This document shows, piece after piece, positions 24,315 to 37,755 of a stretch of DNA of 64,000 nt. Each line of letters opens with the position of its first letter. Within the stretch, counting starts at the first letter, position 1. The translations under genes were made by a program, and so were the position numbers. Source of the stretch: Octopus vulgaris (Eukaryota). The notes under the pieces are model-generated. The model made no database searches. It was given only the letters and a program-made list of their open reading frames with translations, and had not been told where the DNA came from. The stretch covers positions 10,106,001-10,170,000 of the forward strand of contig OX597816.1 of NCBI GenBank assembly GCA_951406725.2, given 5' to 3'.

Positions 24315-25924
24315 AAGCAAGCCCATGCCGTCCACCAGTACCTCCGTCGTGGGACGCTGGACAGACGGCCCGGTTGAGTTGCTCGGGGTCTGGTTCGGTC
24401 CGGACCTCCAAATGGAGAAGAACTGGAACGAGATAACGAGTAGGGTGGTCACTCTCGCCCAGCAATGGGCCGAGAGGAAACTGTCCCTAAAAGGTCGGGC
24501 GGAGGTGGTGAACGCGTACATCGCGTCCATCATCTACTACCGCCTGACCGTCGTACCTTGTCCCGACCCTACCATCACCAAACTAGAACGCATCCTCTTC
24601 CGCTTCTTGTGGAAAGGATGCGTCCCGATGGTCAGGCGATCCATTTGCTGTCAACACCCGTTAAAAGGAGGGCTGGGCATGCCGTGGTTGATGATGCGCA
24701 GACACGCGCTGAGACTGCGACATCTCCGGCTCTATGTAGACGACGGTGAACAGGTGTGGTCGCCGTTTGTGAGGCACGCATTCCCGCAACTCGTCTCCAT
24801 GACCGAACTACAGTCGTGGATCAAAAAGAGGCCGAGGAAGGGCGAATGGCACCGCGAGTGTTGCGTTGCTCTCAAGCAACTCTGCCGTCCCGGGTCGACC
24901 TTGAGTGACTTCAACACAACCAAAGCATTCTATAGGGGATTAGTGGAGGGGAGGTACGACGACGAGCTCGGGGCAAACCTGGGCGTCGACGAGGAATACC
25001 TGACCCGCCTGTTTCAAACGACTTTCGGCCCGGGACCTATGGACAACTTCCAGAGATCCCTGGCCTGGCGGTGCTACCGAGAAGCGCTACCCGTTCGGGA
25101 TAAGCTCTATAGGCATGGCTCGAGAAACACGGGGCCGACCTGCCGAGATGCGGGCAGAGCGACGAAACCGCTCTGCACGCAATCGTGCAGTGTCCAGCAA
25201 TTTCCCACCTGTGGGCTTATGTCGAACGACTGCTGTCATGTGTGGAACGTGTTGGTTTATCAGCCGAGTCTATCGTTAATATCATCACGCCTCCTTCCTT
25301 CAAACGGGAAGGAAGAGCTATTTTTATCATACTTGTGGCTATGGTGAAAGAATGTATCTGGTGGACGCGTCTGAAAGGATTAGAGACAAACACTTTCCTC
25401 TCTGGTCAATCTCTCATCAACTTCTTCAAGTATCACTTGAAGAAAAAAGTGAGAGTAGAGAGGCAAGTTTTGTCTAGTGAATGTTTTAAAAAAAGATGGG
25501 TGAATGTAGCAAGGATGGCACGTATGAATGATGAAGCCACCTTGACTATGATTCTATGAACCGTAAAAATTAATACAGAGAGTTGCTTATTTGCAAAAAA
25601 AAAAAAAAAAAAAGAAATATAACATGTGACTTCATTGACCGAGGTTACCGTGGTCTTTTCCGTAGGCTTTTCTTTCCACGGGTAAACCTCACCTGTCCTC
25701 CCCTTTACACTTCATATTGACATTTCTGTGATAACGATCCCTATTGATCAAATTTTTTCCTCTCCCCCTTTTTTTTTAACCCCCCTTTTTTTTGTCCTCT
25801 TTCTCTCCTTTTACGATCCCTTTTGATCGACCCCCCCCTTTTTTTTTTTTTACCTTCAAAAGAAAAGCTCTACCTTGTAATTTGTTCTATCTGTGTGCAG
25901 CCCTGTGTGGCTAATAAAGAAACA
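24315..25924 (+). mobile_element. 5'-truncated, young Tx1/L1-clade LINE
   Basis: GC-rich. ORF2 motifs VELLGVWFG, WAERKLSLKGRAEVVNAYIAS, FRFLWKG, PLKGGLGMP and a zinc knuckle. 3' UTR with AATAAA just before the microsatellite resumes. Confidence 0.9.
24325..25559 (+). pseudogene. Tx1-like ORF2 C-terminal part (end of RT plus CCHC zf-RVT-type knuckle), one frameshift at ~25143
   Basis: Adding one base at ~25144 joins the two ORFs into C(P)RCGQSDETALHAIVQCP (CxxC-x8-H-x4-C). Confidence 0.85.
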
Positions 25925-25948
25925 TATCTATCTAGTTAGCTATCTGTG

Positions 25949-26016
<68 letters not shown>

Positions 26017-26166
26017 AATCTATCTATCTATCTATCTAGTTAGCTATCTGTGTATCTATCTATCTATCTAGTTAGCTATCTGTGTATCTATCTATCTATC
26101 TAGTTAGCTATCTGTCTATCTATCTATCTATCTAGTTAGCTATCCATCCATCTATCTATTTATTTA

Positions 26167-26223
<57 letters not shown>

Positions 26224-27371
26224 ATATCTATCTATCTATCTATCTATCTATCTGTGTATCTATCTATCTATCTATCTAGTTAGCTATCTGTCTATCCATC
26301 TGTATATTTATATACAGACACATCCATATATACATTTACACACATTTATAGATGTATTACACACACGTGTGTGTGTATGTGTATACAATGCATATATCTG
26401 TACATGTATAGATAGACACACAGATGCATGTGTGTCTGTCTGTATGTGTGTGCATATGAATATGCTTATATGCTTTGTATGTGTGAGGAGATGAGGGGGA
26501 GAACCAGCAACTGATTTTTCTCTTTTGTGAAAGGAATTTACACTGCAGATGTGCGGAACTATTTAAATTCAGCTGTTGTTCTTTATCTATTCATTTATTC
26601 ATGCCATTCTTTCAATACATATTTGTTGTGGTTTGTATTAATACCATTGATTTCATTTATAATCATATAGATTTCTTCAAGCTAGAATATATATTCTGAC
26701 ACTTTCTCATTATATATCAGTCCCTGAAGATGATAGCACATAATGTTATAAGATGCAGTAAGGTTGAAAGAGTTAAAACAGAGTTCTATGCATTATATAT
26801 ATACATATACAAACATACATACACAGTTGTATCATGTATGTTTAATTTTTTTTATCTATCAGATTTCTCCCTGGAAAGAATGAGTCGGTTTCTATCCAAG
26901 ACACAATGCACCATTGCTGGAATTTGGATAACAACAAAGCGTTGCATGTTAAGCTTTAGAAAAGTCATGTTTACTTTCACTGTTCCACTTGCTGAGTTTT
27001 ATCGGTAAATTGTGTGTTAGCAAGTCTCTTGCTTTGCCCCTAAATCCTAAACATTTACTAACAGAATTAAGTACACCAATCATTAGTATAAATGTGACTT
27101 TATCATTAGGGTAGCAGAGGAAGTGTAGGTGTTAAAGCAGCCATCTATACATATTCAATGGTGGTGCCCCAGCATGGCCGCAGCTTTCGGGCTGAAACAT
27201 TTTTAAGGATTTATATTCTCCTTTTTGCTCATTTTCAAAGGGAATTTACACCAGTTGGGTAGGTGACCTCTATGACTATACACAACTTATTTTTTTCTTT
27301 TCTGTCCAACTTATTTTTTTCCTTTCTGTCTGCATTTGGTATGAATTTTCTTGAAGATGTTCCGCCAATCA

Positions 27372-27852
27372 TTCATTGTTCGACCATGGTCGAGACAATG
27401 GAATTTACTATGTTACGCCAGACCTCACTGTCCATCATAGCATTACGGTGGTCCTGTTACTGGATGCTTGTATCCCTGGAGATTACATCAGGGTAGGAGA
27501 GTTTGCGCCCTCTGGTATCGCGAGCAGATAGCTTCCAGAGGAGAAGAGTAGAAATTACCTCGTTTTCAGCTCTACAACAATGTCTAGCAAACTGGACTCT
27601 TCTACCTTTCACAAGAGATGATACAGGTGGTAATTTCCCATATATTTGTACTTTGGTTGGATGACGCTTCCACGAGAGATTTTGAGCTCTCATAAAGAGG
27701 CGAGTGTAAGTTCCATCCAACCACCTCTCAAGCTTCTTTGATAACATCCAGATTTTTGAGCCATGTAGTAGAATTGGTTCGACTGTGGCTTTGAAAATTT
27801 TAAGTTTGAAATCTCCACTTAGATTTGATGACCAGATCTTATGCATATCATT
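27372..27852 (-). mobile_element. RTE/RTE-X-like LINE 3' fragment (second copy at 42083-42468)
   Basis: KLKIFKATVEPILLHGS..W...RRVQFA(G/R)HC...GRKLSYPDVI; near-identical sequence at 42083-42468. Confidence 0.8.
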
Positions 27853-28419
27853 ACATATCTTATGCATATCGTTACTTTGATATATAATTATTTATTCAAT
27901 AGCAGAAGCGTTGTTTATATTTACCCAGGGCAGTCCTTTCTGTGGATGATATTGTATATTACTTTTAAGTATGCATGCATGTATGTATGTATTTATGCAA
28001 GCATACAAGCATGTAGATGTATACCTATCTGCTTATCTACCCATGCACACACACATATAGGGTTTATTTCTATTCCATCTAATTGGATTTTGTGTTAGAA
28101 TGTAATCAGGTTATCGGTGGTTGAGTTTGTAATTATGATCCGGGTGCAAACTATTAGCTTTGTATATTCTCAGGCAACATTGGATTATATGCTTCTGAGG
28201 TTGTTTGACATTAAAGGAAGTACTGATCCTGCATTGATACCTGTTAGGCAGCTGCAGAAGAAATTCTCGATTTTGTTAAGTTTGTTTCTCAGGTTATCTG
28301 ATTGAATGAGCACACTACGTACTTGCAGGTTCGATTGTCTGTGTGTCTGTAAGTTTTTAATCTTGGATTCTGATATTACTTAGTGCTGTAAATTTATTTT
28401 ACTCTTTTGAAATTTGATC

Positions 28420-28958
28420 GCAATACCTGTGCCGGTGGCATGTAAAATGCACCATCCGTACGTGGCTGATGCCAGTGCCGCCTTGACTGGCTTCCGTGCC
28501 GGTGGCACGTAAAAAGCACCAACTGATCGTGGACGTTGCTAGCCTCCCCTGGCACCTGTGCCGGTGGCACGTAAAAAGCACCATCTGTACATGGCCAATG
28601 CCAGTGCCGCCCTGACTGGCTTCCATGCCGGCAGCATGTAAGAAGCACCAACTGTTTGTTGCTGTTGCCAGCCTACCCTGGCACCTGTGCTGGTGGCATC
28701 TAAAAAGCACCATCCGTACGTGGCCGATGCCAGTGCCGCCTTGACTGGCTTCCGTGTAGGTGGCCGTTGCCAGCCTCCCCTGGCATGTAAAAAGCACCCA
28801 CTACACTCACGTAGTGGTTGGCATTAGGAAGGGTATCCGGCTGTAGAAACACTGCCAGATCAAACTGGAGCCTGGTGCAGCCTCTTGGCTTCCCAGACCC
28901 TGGTCGAAATGTCCAACCCATGCTAGCATGGAAAACGGACTTTAAACGATGATGATGA
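28420..28958 (+). mobile_element. RTE-type 3' end with alternating ~60-bp modules
   Basis: Repeated GTGCCGGTGGCACGTAAAAAGCACC units and CATGCTAGCATG terminus. Confidence 0.8.
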
Positions 28959-29650
28959 TTTGAAATGTGTCTGACAAAGCTATGACATTTGAATCACTTG
29001 TACAATTCACCCAACAGGCTTTATATAGCTTCCATGTACTTGATTTCATTCATAAGGTATGGGTTAACCCAAGGCTGTTGAAAAGTGACATTTACCCTAA
29101 GATGCCATGCAGTGGAATAACACTTGTAATTTTATGGTCACAAAGCACATTTCTTCATTACACACATGATTTACATATAAACTTTATTATAATGTTGAAA
29201 TTATATTATAAAAATTTATATAGAATATTTATGATAGATTATCTTTTATCTTTTACTTGTTTTAGTCATTACACTGTGTCCATGCTGGAGCACTACCTTG
29301 AATTTTAGTTGAACTAATCAACTTATTTTTCAAAACTACTTATTATTTGAAAGCTTGGTACTTATTCTATCTGTCTTTCTTTTGCTGAACTGTCAAGTTA
29401 TGGGGGACATAAACACACCAACACTGGTTGTCAAGCAGTGGTGGGGGACAAACACACGTACATATGCCAGGATTTTTACTGTTTCCATCTACCAAATCCA
29501 TTCACAAGGCATTTATTGGCTCAAGGCTGTAGTACAAGACACTTGCCCAAGGTGTCACGCAGTGGGACTGAACCCAGAACCATGTGGTTGGGGAGCAAAC
29601 TTAAGCATGTGTGTGTGTGTGTGTGTGTGTGTGTTATATCATTATGATTT

Positions 29651-29883
29651 AAGGTGGCAAGCTGGCTGAGTGGTTAGCATGCCGAGCGAAATGCATAGCT
29701 GTATTTCGTCTGCCGTTATGTTCTGAGTTCAAATCCTGCCAAGGTCGAATTTGCCTTTTATCCTTTCGGGGTCGATAAATTAAGTACCAGTTACGCACTG
29801 GGTCGATGTAATCGACTCAATCCCTTTGTCTGCCCTTGTTTGTCCCCTCTGTGTTTAGCCCCTTGTGGGTAGTAAAGAAATAT
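29651..29883 (+). mobile_element. SINE family B monomer with ~15-bp TSD
   Basis: Head with GAGTTCAAATCC B box; central GCCTTT(C/T)ATCCTTTCGGGGTCGATAAATTAAGTACCAG. Flanked by ATATCATTATGATTT and ATATCATCATGATTT. Confidence 0.8.
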
Positions 29884-31016
29884 ATATCATCATGATTTTC
29901 TTCATTCTTATTTTAATGTCGACTCTTTCCATGCTTGCATGAGTTAGATTCTGTTCATTGAGAGAGATTTTCTAAAGCTGGATTCCTTTTCTTTCATCAA
30001 CTCTCACCTTTTCCCAGGTAACATTATGTTCATGTGACACTGATGCTTGTTTACAGCTATCATTGTGATGTCAAGACAAGGAGACACAAAGCAAATGACA
30101 CTGCATGAGTCCTTTCCTTTACAGAAATTGTCCAACATGTCAAGAAGGTTGGCTATGCTTTTGTGGTGGACGGCAAGTGAATGGCATTGTCAGAAAACCA
30201 CTGTTTATAAACCAGCAAAAGCGAGGGAAACACAAACTAGCATGTGCATGCACATACACATGCATACACACATGCACACATGTATACACACACACACACA
30301 CACACACACACATTTTCAATTTACATCTACCAAGTCCTCTCGCAAGACTTTGAGTTGCCCGGGGCTATTGGAAGATATGGTTTTAACCATTTTTATAGCT
30401 TTCTTAGAAAAGTCTTTCCAGAAACCTCAAAGATGAAGTTGAAATCAAGATTAAAGCATTGATTTGTTGTAGAAGTGTGCTAAGATATTAATCAAAATCT
30501 TGTTTGATAAAGAAGACGTATGAAGAAAACTGTCTGAAGAAATCCATGTTTAATAGCAATGATTCTTCACTTGAGAAATACAGAAATTCGATCACAATGA
30601 TAGCATTTGAACTTCTCATCTTACCAATAAGACCATCTATCTTCTGGAGATACAATGTCCATTGGCAATCTGCCAATATATGGTACTGATTTGATTCATT
30701 AGTTGGTCAATATTAACAATTTCATCTGACTAAAAACACATTCGAAATACACAGACTTGCAATTCTATACACCTATATAGTATATAGACTCATATTGCTA
30801 TATACTAATTTATGTACACACACACACACACACACCATCATCATCACCATTATCCCCATCATTGCCATTTTTTTCTATGCTTCAGGTTGTGTTTTATAGC
30901 CAGATGCCTTTTCTGACACCAACCCTTTTAGTTTTCCCCTTTTAATATGCAGGGATGTGGTGCACCTGTTCTAAAATCTAGGATACACTCGTGTATGTGT
31001 GTGTGTTTTAACAGAA

Positions 31017-31493
31017 AAGGTTTGGAACCCCTATCTTGCTCAGAACATTGACCTCCTGGAATCTGTCCAGAGACGTGCAACCAAACGCATACCCTCCATC
31101 AGACACCTACCATATTCTGAGCGCCTTGTTTCCCTGGGCATGGATTCACTGAGGCTCCGGCGTCTGGCGATGGACTTGGTAAACACCCACAAAGTTCTCA
31201 ACCACCTCACCAACAACAACACTGAACACCTTTTTGATCTCCATGTATCTAACACACGTGGACATGCCTACAAAGTCAGACCATGACTTTCGGAAACATT
31301 TTTTCACGCTCAGAGTTGCTGAAGCATGGAATAAACTGCCTGCGTCAGTTGTTGACTGCCATGACACTGCATCCTTTAAGGCCCCCATGCTTTCCGAAAT
31401 CCGCCGAAACTACACCTGATTATATATACACTTTAGATGAGTTGTAGTGCACCTGAGCACTGTACACAATTATTATTATTATTATTATTATTA
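31017..31493 (+). mobile_element. CR1-clade LINE 3' fragment with (ATT)n tail
   Basis: VWNPYLAQNIDLLESVQRRATKRI...YSERL..LG..SL..RR...NTRGHAYK...RKHFFTLRVAEAWNKLPASVV, the CR1 ORF2 C-terminus. Confidence 0.88.
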
Positions 31494-32681
31494 TGTTTGA
31501 GGCAGCAGATGTGTAGAAGCAATAGATGAGAGTACCTGAGAAATAGATATTCTGAAAAGACCCAGAAGGATCTTGGGAAGTAGGAGATGGTTTATGTTAC
31601 CATGGCAACTTAATTAGCAGTAGAAGAGGATGCTGCCGAAGTTCCTCATGAACAGACCGTTGTCCAGGCTCAGTAAACCTGTGACCATTTGCAAGCAACC
31701 GCTAGTAAATCCCATTGAAACTGGGGGATATAAAAAAAGATTTATTTTCATAATCCTAATTGGGTATGTAATTTGTGTGAATCGTTAATTAAAGCTTGAA
31801 ATACATAAAAGTTTTGTGTCAACCTGGTGTGTGTACACACACACACACACACACATTCTCACTCTCTCTCTCACACGCACATACACTCTCACACACACAC
31901 ACACACACAGATACACATACACTCATACACACATATACACACATACATACTTGCACACACACACACACACTCTCTCTCTCATACACACATTCACTCACAC
32001 CCATACAGACATGCACACACGCACACACACAAACAGACACAAACACACGCACACACATACACACAGAATAAATTTCTTACAGCCAAATCTATTCACAAGT
32101 CTTTTGACCAGGCTGGAGCTGTGGTAGACGGTGCCATACAATGAGACCGAACCCAAGACCTCATGGTTGTGAAGCTAACCTCTTTACCACACAACCACAT
32201 TTATACATAACAACATTCCTGTGTTCACATTGAATCACTCATGAACTTTAAATGATTAGAGGTGGTGCTCCAGCATGGCCACAGTCAAATGACCGAAACA
32301 AATAAAAGAATAACAGAATAACAGAATAGATATAATGTATGTGTGTCTGAGGTTGCATCTTATAATGTGTCACTAGGATACGTCACTATTTGATACAAAA
32401 TTCTTCCTGTATAAAGTTCACAACTGAATAGTTTCAGGACTTCTCCAAGATTAAGTAAATGTTAAGCATCTCTGATACACATGCACCAAACCATTATTGA
32501 TTTGTGGCTTCTTAGTTTTTCTTTTCTGCTAAATTTTAACCTCAAGTAAATATGTGTTCAACAGTGTTGAACATGTCTTGTGAAAATTTAGATTTATGTT
32601 GGAAATTTCCTATCGTGGTAAACATGGTTTTTTATGTGTTTCATATAGCAGGCATGTATGTATATATATATATATATATGC

Positions 32682-32762
<81 letters not shown>

Positions 32763-32897
32763 TGTATATATAATATATATATATATATATATGCATGTAT
32801 GTATGAATACATAAAATATACTTTGTGTGTGTGTGCATGTGTTTATATATGTACACATATATACATATATATAATATATACTCTGTGTGTGTGTGTA

Positions 32898-33820
32898 TCA
32901 TCATCATCATCATCATCGTTTAACGTCTGCTTTCCATGCCAGCATGGGTTGGACGATTTGACTGAGGACTGGCGAACCAGACGGCTGCACCAGGCTCCAG
33001 TCTGATCTGGCAGAGTTTCTACAGCTGGATGCCTTTCCTAACGCCAAGCACTCCGAGAGTGTAGTGGGTGCTTTTATGTGCCACCAGCACGAGGGCCAGT
33101 CAGGCAGTACTGGCAATGGCCATGCTCAAATGGTGTTTCTATGTGCCACCTGCACAAGAGCCAGTCTAGCGGCACTGGCAATGACCTCGCTCGAATGTTT
33201 TTTCACGTGCCAGTAAGGCGACGCTGGTAACGATCCCGCTTGAATTGTGCTTTTATGTGCCACCAGCTCAGAAGCCAGTCAGCTGCTCTGGCAACGATCA
33301 TGCTTGGATGGCGCTCTTAGCGCTCCACTAGCACGGATGCCAGTCATTGAATAGATTTCGATTTCACTTGCCTCAACAGGTCTTCGCAAGCAGAGTTTAG
33401 TGTCCAATGAAGGAAAGGTACACATTATATAAGTGGGCTGGTTACACCCCTGGAATAGGCCACGGGGTTATGGTCTCACTTGGCCTGCTAAGTCTTCACA
33501 AGCACAGCATATTTCCAAAGGTCTCGGTCACTAGTCATTGCTTCAGTGAGGCCTAATATTCGAAGGTCATGCTTCACCACTTCATCCCAGGTCTTCCTGG
33601 GTCTACTTCTTCAACAGGTTCCCTCAACTGCTAGGGTGTGCTATTTTTTCACACAGCTATCCTCATCCATTCTCGCCACATGACCATACCAGCGCAGTCG
33701 TCTCTCTTGCACACCACATCTGCTACTTCTTAGGCCCAACTTTTCTCTCAAGGCACTTACACTCTGTCGAGTATGCACACTGACATTTACACATCCGTTG
33801 CAGCATACTGGCTTCATTCC
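32898..33820 (-). mobile_element. RTE-clade LINE 3' portion (ORF end plus modular 3' UTR)
   Basis: ERRLRWYGHVARMDEDSCVKK; homologous to 2490-3353. Confidence 0.85.
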
Positions 33821-34191
33821 TTGATGATGATGATGGTGATCCATTATTCCTTGTACAATATCAATTTGTTGTCCTGTAGTGTATCAAACCAACTCTTATC
33901 ATTATTATCATTGTGGTGTTCCTGGTAGGTTTTTGTTGAAATCTAGTTATTACAAGTCCCACAGTACAATACTCATCTGATTAAAGTTAATTGTCTTTTA
34001 TTTTTTTGTTTTAATTCATGAGTCTTATTTAGTTGTCTGACCGAGTTCCTTCGCTGAACATCTGTCAATCAGAAACACATGATCATTTGATTCAGTCACC
34101 TGACACAGCACATATGTAAAAACATGCAATGCTACACCAACACAAATGTAATATGTATGTATATATCTACACCAACATCTCTGCCTCTCTC

Positions 34192-34222
<31 letters not shown>

Positions 34223-34706
34223 TGCTCTTACTAAGTTGTTTGTTATTGATTAATAGTTAATTATTTATAAGTCTATTAATGTATTTGTAAACCAGTTAAT
34301 CGGCAGTCATTAGAGCATCAGACGAAACACTTTGGTATTTGTTCCATCTCTCGACACTCTGAGTTCAAACCATTTTGAGGTTAACTTTGTCTTTCATCCT
34401 TTCTGAAGGATAGAGGGCAGCACCAACCAAGTGCTAATGCAGCCCTGTGTCACTCCTGATGACGTCTGATTAAGGTTACACTGAGTGAAGTGTTTGAGGG
34501 CCCAGAAGATATCTATGTTTCCTTGCATCTACATGGGTATCCAAAGTGATTAGCAAAAGCATGGTAAATGTCACCAAGTCATACTCAACTGCTAGTGAAG
34601 GCCGTAGTTTAATTCATTAATAAATTTATTCCGACCAATAGACTGACAGAATTGTTAAAACTTCAAGCAAAATACTTTGTGCTATTTCTTCTGACTACTA
34701 CATACC

Positions 34707-34939
34707 TGTATCTTTACTACCCACAAGGGGCTAAACTCAGAGAGGACAAACAAAGACAGACAAACGAATTAAGTCGATTATATTGACCCCAGTGCATAAC
34801 TGGTCCTTAATTTATCGACCCTGAAAGGATGAAAAGCAAAATTGACCTCGGTGGAATTTGAACTCACAACGTAGTGGCAGATAAAATACCACTAAGCATT
34901 TCGCCCGGCGTGCTAACGTTTCTGCCAGCTCACCACCTT
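34707..34939 (-). mobile_element. SINE family B monomer with 15-bp TSD, nested in an older family-B copy
   Basis: TGACTACTACATACC at 34692-34706 and 34940-34954; older copy continues on both sides. Confidence 0.85.
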
Positions 34940-35218
34940 TGACTACTACATACCAAGTTGTAATCCCACTCAGATCAACCTTATCTTACATCCTTTCAGG
35001 GTCGGTAAAATAAAGTACCAGTCAAATACTGGGGTGTGTTGTATTGTTGAAACCTTTCCCCTCAGAATCATTGGCCCTTTGCCGAAATCAGAAACTTTTT
35101 ATATATTTATACACTATTTACCAGAATGATCATAATTGAACTCCTTTTTCAAAGATGACCAAGTTCCCACCTTTTAGACACTGACAACACATCTTAGAGA
35201 GCAACAGAAACAGATGAA

Positions 35219-35850
35219 GGTGGTGAGTGGCAGAAATGTTAGCACACTGGGTGAAATACTGACCGGTACTTTGTCTGCCATTACGTTCTGAGTTCAAATT
35301 CCACCGAGGTCGACTTTGGCTTTCATCCTATCGGGGTCGATAAATTAAGTACTAGTTACACACTGGAGTCGATGTAATTGACTTAATCCCTTTTGTCTGT
35401 CCTTGTTTGGCCCCTTGTGGGCAATAAAGAAAAAAGAAGCGTTGGCACGCCAGGTGAAATATTGACCGGTATTTTGTCTGCCATTACGTTCTGAGTTCAA
35501 ATTTTGCTGAGATCACCTTTGCCTTTCATCCTTACAGGGTCGATAAATTAAGTACCAGTTACACACTGGGGTCGATGTAATCGACTTAATCCCTTTTGTC
35601 TGTCCTTGTTTGGCCCCTCTATGTTTGGTCCTTTGTGGGCAGTAAAGAAATAGGAAACGTTAGCACACCAGGTGAAACGCTTAGTGGTATTTCGTCTGTC
35701 TTTACATTCTGAGTTCAAATTTCACCGAGATCGACTTTGCCTTTCATCCTTGCAGGGTCGATAAATTAAGTACCATTTGTGTACTGGGGTTGATCTAATC
35801 AACTGGCCCTCTCCTCCAAAATTTCGGGCCTTGTGCCTAGAGTAGAAAAG
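35219..35850 (+). mobile_element. SINE family B head-to-tail trimer with 16-bp TSD
   Basis: Three ~200-217-bp units; AACAGAAACAGATGAA (35203-35218) and AACAGTAACAGATGAA (35851-35866). Confidence 0.85.
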
Positions 35851-36099
35851 AACAGTAACAGATGAAACAGCTGCCTAAGCAAAAGGACAACCATAACTAC
35901 TCTTTCCACCACTGTACCTTCATGTGCTCTAAAGAGGAAGGAAACTAAACTATGTGAGTGGTGGTATTTCACTGTGGCAGATGCATCTGGTACCTCAACT
36001 GCTGCTGGCTGTTTGTGCTACCAAGGGGATTTGTGTTGACTTGGATTAGAGTGAAGGGAGACCTGCACTTGATGACCAGATTCATTCACTTATTGTTGG

Positions 36100-36752
36100 T
36101 TTTCTTGCCTTACTGGCACATGAAAAACATTCGAACGATGTTGTTGCCAGTGCCGCTGGACTGGCTCCTGTGCAGGTTGCATGTAAAAAACACCATTTGA
36201 GCGTGGCCGTTGCCAGTACCACCAAACTGGCCTTCATGCCGGTGGCACGTAAAAGCACCTACTACACCATTGGAATGGTTGGCATCAGGAAGGGCATCGA
36301 GCTGTAGAAACTCTGCTAAATCAAGATTGGAGCCTGGTGCAGCCATTTGGTTTGCCAGTCCTCAGTCAAATCATGCAACCCATGATAGCATGGAAAGCGG
36401 ACGTTAAACGATGATGATGATGATGGAGGTATGTCAGGTTTAAGATAAGGATAAATCTCTTTCCCAACTCTTATAGACTGATAAGGCCAGCTTCTGTGGT
36501 GAATATATTCCCCCCACTGGATGGAATGCCAGTCTGTCACAGGCATACTCATTTTTGCCAGTTGATTGGACTGAAGCAGTGCAAAATAAAATGTTTTGTT
36601 TATGAATACAATGCATCAATCTGTACAGGAATTGAACCCACAATCTCATGACCATGACTCCAACACCCTAACTGCTAAACCACATGCCTCCACATATACT
36701 AGATATGCAGTGTAATGACCAGGGCAATCTACATATCTTACCATGCTCAGAG

Positions 36753-36793
<41 letters not shown>

Positions 36794-37040
36794 CATCATC
36801 ATCATCATCATTTAGTATCTGCTTTCCATGCTAGCATGGGTTGGACGGTTCAACTGGAGTCTGGGAAGCCAGAAGGCTGCACCAGGCCCAGTCCAATCTG
36901 GCAGTGTTTCTATGGCTGGATGCCCTTCCTAACGCCAACCACTCCGTGAGTGTAGTGGGTGCTTTTTACGTGCCACCGGCACAGGTGCCAGGGGAGTCTG
37001 GCAAACGGCCACGATCAGATGGTGCCACCAGCACGGGGGC
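36100..37040. mobile_element. Convergent RTE-type 3' ends (36100-36425 plus; 36793-37040 minus) around a SINE
   Basis: Terminal motifs and tails visible in both copies. Confidence 0.8.
36465..36693 (-). mobile_element. Decayed CORE-like SINE (head 2 + tail Y)
   Basis: Minus strand: tRNA-like head, CORE-like ...CAGTCCAATCAACTGGCAAAAATGAG, then CCTGTGACAGACTGGCATTCCATCCAG as in 58316 onward. Confidence 0.65.
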
Positions 37041-37384
37041 CATAAATAAGGATAAGATCGTTATTTAAAATAACAATCATATCATGTGGCTAGCATAGGA
37101 ATAAAAACCTCATAGGTTTTTATTAAAATTTTTATTAAAATTATAATTAAGGGTATCTAAGAGATGCCATCATTCTAGAGATAACAGTCAAAACTTGACT
37201 CTAAAATCCCATCAAATATTCATACAGCACCAGGAGAGAAGACAAAGTGACAAAGCCAGAAATCCAGGATCTGGAATTATCCAATAATTTTTTGCTCGAC
37301 TAAAATGCGGTGCTCCAGCATGGCCACAGTCAAATGAGTGAAACAAGTAAAAGAGTAGTATGTATTGTGAAAACATCATATAAC

Positions 37385-37416
<32 letters not shown>

Positions 37417-37439
37417 GGGGTATGACTGAGTTTCTTTCA

Positions 37440-37755
37440 AGCGTTGGGCCTCACGGAGGTCAGTGACTGAGACCTTCGGCATTATGTTGTGCTAGAGAAG
37501 AAGACCCATCAAGCTGAGCAAAGTCACAGTCGTGGCAGATACTGGTGTCACAGAAATGGCACTCATGCTGGTGGCACGTAAAAGCTCTCATTACACTCTC
37601 AGAGTGGTTGGCATTAGGAAGGGCATCCAGCTGTAGAAAACCATGCTGAATCAGACTGGAGTCTGGTGCAGCCTTCTAACTTACCAGCCCTGGTCAAACC
37701 GTCCAACCCATGCCAGCATGGACAATGGACATTAAATGATGACGACAATGATGAT
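37440..37755 (+). mobile_element. RTE-type LINE 3' end
   Basis: GTTGGGCCTCACGGAGG ORF-end remnant followed by the shared terminus. Confidence 0.75.

Larger units (their letters stand above)
23955..26290. repeat. (TCTA)n/(GATA)n array with recurring CTAGTTAGCTATC variant units, split by a LINE
   Basis: Directly visible at 23955-24314 and 25925-26290. Confidence 0.92.
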
